From: Myxococcota bacterium
GTDB lineage: Bacteria > Myxococcota_A > UBA9160 > SZUA-336
DNA: 64,000 nucleotides
Assembly (NCBI GenBank): GCA_965247115.1
Contig: CBDFGR010000003.1
Span: 2,016,001 to 2,080,000, forward strand
Reading direction: 5' to 3'
Shown: one piece after another, positions 60,264 through 64,000 of the stretch
Layout of the letters: every line of letters starts with the position of its first letter
Position numbering within the stretch: the first letter of the stretch is position 1
Notes under the pieces: model-generated
What the model was told of the DNA's origin: nothing
Database searches by the model: none
What the model saw: the letters and a program-made list of their open reading frames with translations, nothing else
Position numbers and translations under genes: made by a program

Positions 60264-61202
60264 TCATGCCGCGCTCGCCCGGCGAGCCTGCATCTCCTTC
60301 CAGCGTCCCATCATCTTCTCGGCCACTGCGAGATCTACCTCGTTGTCGATGTCGATCGCCGCGCCGCCGAGCTCCGTCGTGACGAAGCGCAGCCGCGTGC
60401 GCAGCATTTTACCCATCCCACGCTCCACCGCCGGCAGCGAGACCCAGCTCCGCATTCGATCCGCAGCGCGCCTGTAGCCGTGCCGATCGAGGATGCCAGC
60501 CAGGTGCAGCACGATGAACAGGAACAGGACAGACAGGTTTCGGAACTCGTGGGTGAGCATACGCCACGCCAGCCGAAGTCCCTTTCCGAGCTCCTTCTGA
60601 TAGCGGTTCTCGTAGACCGCCTGGATGTAATGCCGGTTGCCCACGCGCAGCGGGCGCACCATCGTCAGGTTGTTCTGCCGGAAGCGCCCCTCCGCAAGGT
60701 TGAAGTACGCCATCGTGATTCCGTCTTCCCCGTCCCTTGGGGCGAACGGCTCGAGGGCCACGTCCGGAGACAGACCCAGCGCGTACTCGGCGTCGCTCTC
60801 GAGCGACTGCTGGAGGAAGCTGGAGATCTCCTGCGGCAACGCGAGGGGAATGTCGGCCGGGACTACGAGGATCGGATGGTCCGGGTCCAGGGTCCCCGGG
60901 GGCATCGTGAGCAGGAACGTCTCCCACACGTTCTCGTATAGAGAGTCGCGTTGGGGCAGGACGTGGAGCGGGCAGCCCCGGGCCGTGGCGAGCTCCGCAC
61001 AGCCCTCCTCGGCCATAGCCTTCTCGAGCCGTGGCACATCGCCAACGACCCAGATCTCGCTCACTTCGGGCGTGCGCAGTAGCGTCTCCAGCACGTAGAC
61101 GAACATGGGCCTGCCCGCGAGCTCCACGAACGTCTTGCTGCTGGCAGCGACGGCGCGGCTGGCGCCCTTGTCGCCAGCGACCAGAACGGCTTGGATCTGC
61201 AT
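60264..61202 (-). CDS. MobA-like NTP transferase domain protein
   Basis: AVLVAG..K..VELAGRPM..YV, ADIP, AIDIDN. Confidence 0.75.
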   Translation of the reverse strand: MQIQAVLVAGDKGASRAVAASSKTFVELAGRPMFVYVLETLLRTPEVSEIWVVGDVPRLEKAMAEEGCAELATARGCPLHVLPQRDSLYENVWETFLLTMPPGTLDPDHPILVVPADIPLALPQEISSFLQQSLESDAEYALGLSPDVALEPFAPRDGEDGITMAYFNLAEGRFRQNNLTMVRPLRVGNRHYIQAVYENRYQKELGKGLRLAWRMLTHEFRNLSVLFLFIVLHLAGILDRHGYRRAADRMRSWVSLPAVERGMGKMLRTRLRFVTTELGGAAIDIDNEVDLAVAEKMMGRWKEMQARRASAA

Positions 61203-61414
61203 CGGTACTCTCCCCCGTGGCCGCGCCGGACGCGCCGCTACGCTCTTCCCTTTTCAGCGGCGTGGCGAAAAGGGTATCCCCTGTCGCGGACCACGCAAAA
61301 CCCCGCGCTCACCCTCATAGGTGGTCCGCTGCGCAGAGAAGTGTCGCGCCGCGCGACACTGCCGCATCCCGAGCACGCAGCTGTCCTGGCCAGGTGCGGG
61401 GATCGGGACGGTTC

Positions 61415-61490
61415 TGGTGGAGATGAGCGGGATCGAACCGCCGACCTCTGCGTTGCGAACGCAGCGCTCTCCCAGCTGAGCTACATCCCC
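61415..61490 (-). tRNA. tRNA-Ala (anticodon CGC)
   Basis: Reverse complement GGGGATGTAGCTCAGCTGGGAGAGCG-CTGCG TTCGCAA CGCAG-...GGTTCGATCCC...CTCCACCA. Confidence 0.97.
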
Positions 61491-61561
61491 TTCGCGATCT
61501 GACTCTAACGGCGTGCCGAGCTGCACGCCAAGTCCCCGAAAAAAGTGCCGATAGGAACCGA

Positions 61562-63514
61562 GTGAGCAGTCGAGTCATCGGTATCGATCTGGGCACGCTC
61601 AACAGCTGTGCCGCGTCGGTCGAGGACGGGCGCGCCGTCATCTTGAGCGAGGACCAGCACACGACCGTCCCGTCCTGCCTCGCGTTCAAGGGCGAGAAGG
61701 AGCTCGTCGGAGGGGCCGCAAAGCGCTACGCGGTGACTGACCCCGAGAACACCGTGATCGCGGTCAAGCGCCTGTTGGGTCACCCCTTCGATTCTGACGA
61801 GGTTCGCGCGGCAACCATAGCCGCACCGTACAAGATCGTGGCCAGCTCCAAGGGCGGTGTACTGCTCAAGATCTCAGGCCATGAGCTGACACCGATTCAG
61901 GTCTCGGCTCGGGTTCTGGGCCGCGTGCGCGAGCTCGCGGAGAAGGCGCTCGGCGAGTCCGCGACCAAGGCCGTAGTCTCCGTCCCCGCACACTTCAACG
62001 ACGTGCAGCGCAAGGCAACGAAGCTGGCCGCCGAGTCCGCAGGCATCGAAGTGATCCGTCTTATCAACGAGCCCACGGCGGCCGCCTTTGCCTACGGTTA
62101 CAAGAAGGGCAGGGACTTCACGCTCGCGGTCTACGATCTCGGCGGCGGAACCTTCGACGTCACGATCATGCGCGCACGGGGAGACACCTTCGAAGTGCTG
62201 GCCACCGACGGGGACTCCTACCTCGGCGGCGAGGACTTCGATGCTGCGATCGCCGGCTGGCTCCGGGAGGAGTTCGAACGTCAGCACAACTCCCGCCTAG
62301 AAGGCGACGACACCGCGCTCCTGCGTCTCAGGGAGGCGGCCGAGAAGGCCAAAATCGAGCTGGCCGAGGTCGACACGGCTCAGATCGAGCTGCCCTACCT
62401 GGCGCAGCTCCCCGACGGTGGACACGTCGACTTCTCGACGACGCTGACCCGAAGCAAGGCGAACGAGCTCGTCCAGCCGTTGATCCAGAGGACGCTGGAG
62501 CTCTGCTCCCGCTGCATCGAGAATGCCATGGTCGCTCCCGTTGAGCTCGACGACGTGCTCCTCGTCGGCGGCCAGAGCCGCATGCTGGCGGTGCAGGAGG
62601 CAGTTGCCGGGCTCTTCAAGACGGACCCACGACGCGACATCAATCCCGACGAAGTGGTCGCGCTCGGAGCCGCCCTCTACGGGTACTCGATCTCCGCGGA
62701 CTCGCTCAAGGCGTCCGCCGAGGACGCGGCGGGAGACGCCCTGGGCATGGCCTTGAAGGAAACTGGAATCGCGCGCAAGCTTCTCAACAGCGTCGACGAG
62801 GTGCAACAGCACTCGTCGAGCGACGACTCGCTGCAGACCTTGCTCGATGATCTGCTCGATGCGCAGGGTACCGGAGGCACGGATGAGCTGACCAGCGATC
62901 CAGACGCAGATCTGCCGGCGGCCTCCAAGAGGGTTCGCAACGAGCTGCTGGAGCTCGACTACAAGATGTCCGAGCTCACCGAGAAGCTCGACACGGATTC
63001 CCCTGAAGGCCTCGAAGCGGCTCTCGAGCAGATCTCCGAGCAGCTCAGTGCAGCACACTCCTTCTCGGACGAAGCGAATGAGTATCTCGAAGAGGCAGAG
63101 CAGCATGCCTCCGCGCGCAAGATCGAGCTGCAAGACGTCACCTCGCTGCCGCTGGGGATCGGAACCATCGGCAACGTCCTCTCGATCCTGATCGACCAGA
63201 ACACTCCGGTGCCTACAGAGCACCGGCGCATGTTCACGACGAACGAGGACGCGCAGGAGGAGGTCGAGATCTGCGTCTACCAGGGACGCTCGCGCGACGC
63301 GAGCGTGAACCAGCTGCTGGGCGCCTTCACTCTGTGGGGCATTGCGGCGGCACCGCGGCTCACACCAAAGATCGAGGTCGCCTTCTACATCGACGAGGAC
63401 GGCATCCTCTCGGTCAGCGCCTCCGACGCCGCCTCCGGAGCCCAGCAGAGCATCCGCGTAGAGGACCCCCTCGGCGTCCAGGCCACCCAGTCCCACCGCA
63501 AACCAGGGCGGTAA
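61562..63514 (+). CDS. Atypical Hsp70/DnaK-family protein (linker insertion, no helical lid)
   Basis: GIDLGT, VPAHFND.QR, INEPTAAA, YDLGGGTFD, LGGEDFD, VGGQSR, NPDEVVA.GAA, followed by a substrate-binding beta domain. Confidence 0.9.
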   Translation: MSSRVIGIDLGTLNSCAASVEDGRAVILSEDQHTTVPSCLAFKGEKELVGGAAKRYAVTDPENTVIAVKRLLGHPFDSDEVRAATIAAPYKIVASSKGGVLLKISGHELTPIQVSARVLGRVRELAEKALGESATKAVVSVPAHFNDVQRKATKLAAESAGIEVIRLINEPTAAAFAYGYKKGRDFTLAVYDLGGGTFDVTIMRARGDTFEVLATDGDSYLGGEDFDAAIAGWLREEFERQHNSRLEGDDTALLRLREAAEKAKIELAEVDTAQIELPYLAQLPDGGHVDFSTTLTRSKANELVQPLIQRTLELCSRCIENAMVAPVELDDVLLVGGQSRMLAVQEAVAGLFKTDPRRDINPDEVVALGAALYGYSISADSLKASAEDAAGDALGMALKETGIARKLLNSVDEVQQHSSSDDSLQTLLDDLLDAQGTGGTDELTSDPDADLPAASKRVRNELLELDYKMSELTEKLDTDSPEGLEAALEQISEQLSAAHSFSDEANEYLEEAEQHASARKIELQDVTSLPLGIGTIGNVLSILIDQNTPVPTEHRRMFTTNEDAQEEVEICVYQGRSRDASVNQLLGAFTLWGIAAAPRLTPKIEVAFYIDEDGILSVSASDAASGAQQSIRVEDPLGVQATQSHRKPGR

Positions 63515-63519
63515 GTCTC

Positions 63520-63918
63520 GTGGGACCCGGCGCGCGAGCGGTCGCGCGCCACCCACCTCCGCTCAGGCCTACGGCCTTCGCTGCGCGCGCCGCTTCCGCG
63601 GCGCGCGCAGGTTGTTTGGCCGAAGTCGGAACTTCTGGTCACTCTGGCGGGACTCTTGGGCACATTCGTTCATCTGGGCATCGCTGCGGTCGTCTCACGC
63701 GGATTAAGTTCTGATTAAGGACCGTCCCTAAGTTATGTGCGCGGAATAAGTTCAGATTAGGGACCGGCCCCTGGTTGAGCGCGTTCCGGTTCTGGAGAGA
63801 ACCGGCAACCGCCTACGGGGCTTGGCAGCCTGCAAGCGCCGCGGATGCGGCGCGCGCAGCGAAGGCCGTAGGCCTGAGCGGAGGTGGGTGGCCGCGGACG
63901 CCCGCGGCCGGGTCCCAC
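63520..63918. repeat. Composite REPIN-like element (family B): ~95-bp inverted arms around a ~210-bp core
   Basis: 63520-63614 is the reverse complement of 63826-63918 (about 4 mismatches over the inner 67 bp). Confidence 0.85.
63698..63776. repeat. Two AT-rich 37-bp direct repeats (42-bp period)
   Basis: CGCGGATTAAGTTCTGATTAAGGACCGTCCCTAAGTT vs CGCGGAATAAGTTCAGATTAGGGACCGGCCCCTGGTT (30/37 identical). Confidence 0.8.
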
Positions 63919-64000
63919 TAGTCTTGGCTGCGTTTGCCTAGCTCGCCGGCTGGATGGCGGCTCTGGTAGTCCTGGCGCGTGAAGCCTCTCAGGCGCTCGA
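63918..64000 (-). CDS. 3' end of a probable KpsF/GutQ-type SIS sugar-phosphate isomerase (runs off the window)
   Basis: ...ERLRGFTRQDYQSRHPAGELGKRSQD* resembles the F...DF...HPGG.LG motif that ends the KdsD SIS domain. Confidence 0.5.
   Translation of the reverse strand, partial: ERLRGFTRQDYQSRHPAGELGKRSQD

Noticed and set aside
63698..63776. CRISPR array
   Set aside because: Only two imperfect copies with a 5-bp gap, no spacers and no cas genes.

Overview
High-GC (roughly two-thirds G+C by eye) bacterial chromosome segment that is almost entirely core genome. Gene content (DUF6178-like protein, MinD/J-domain cluster, plant-type GshA, MaeB) suggests Myxococcota or another deltaproteobacterial lineage (inference). 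It carries tRNA-Pro, rpsU-dnaG-rpoD, a reduced his cluster, murA, prmC-prfA-rpmE-rho, pgeF-rluD, selA, an RNase E/G, a parA-acyltransferase-SDR operon, surE, lon, gshA, tat, an acyl-CoA carboxylase/malic enzyme operon, argH-dapF-dapA-dapB, a sigma54-type porin-glnB-glnA unit, ygfZ, tRNA-Ala and an atypical Hsp70. I found no CRISPR array, transposase or integrase. The main oddities are: (i) an orphan ParA coupled to an acyltransferase that has a ParB-like N-terminal peptide; (ii) a signalling protein whose receiver-like, bEBP-AAA and kinase-like domains all look catalytically dead; (iii) three conserved genes that need CTG or ATC start codons; (iv) a C11 tract between the rpoD RBS and its start codon; (v) two families of REPIN-like palindromic elements, one enclosing recombination-site-like repeats; (vi) an Hsp70 with a ~140-aa insertion in the interdomain linker. 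All calls come from reading motifs by eye; no database searches were run.
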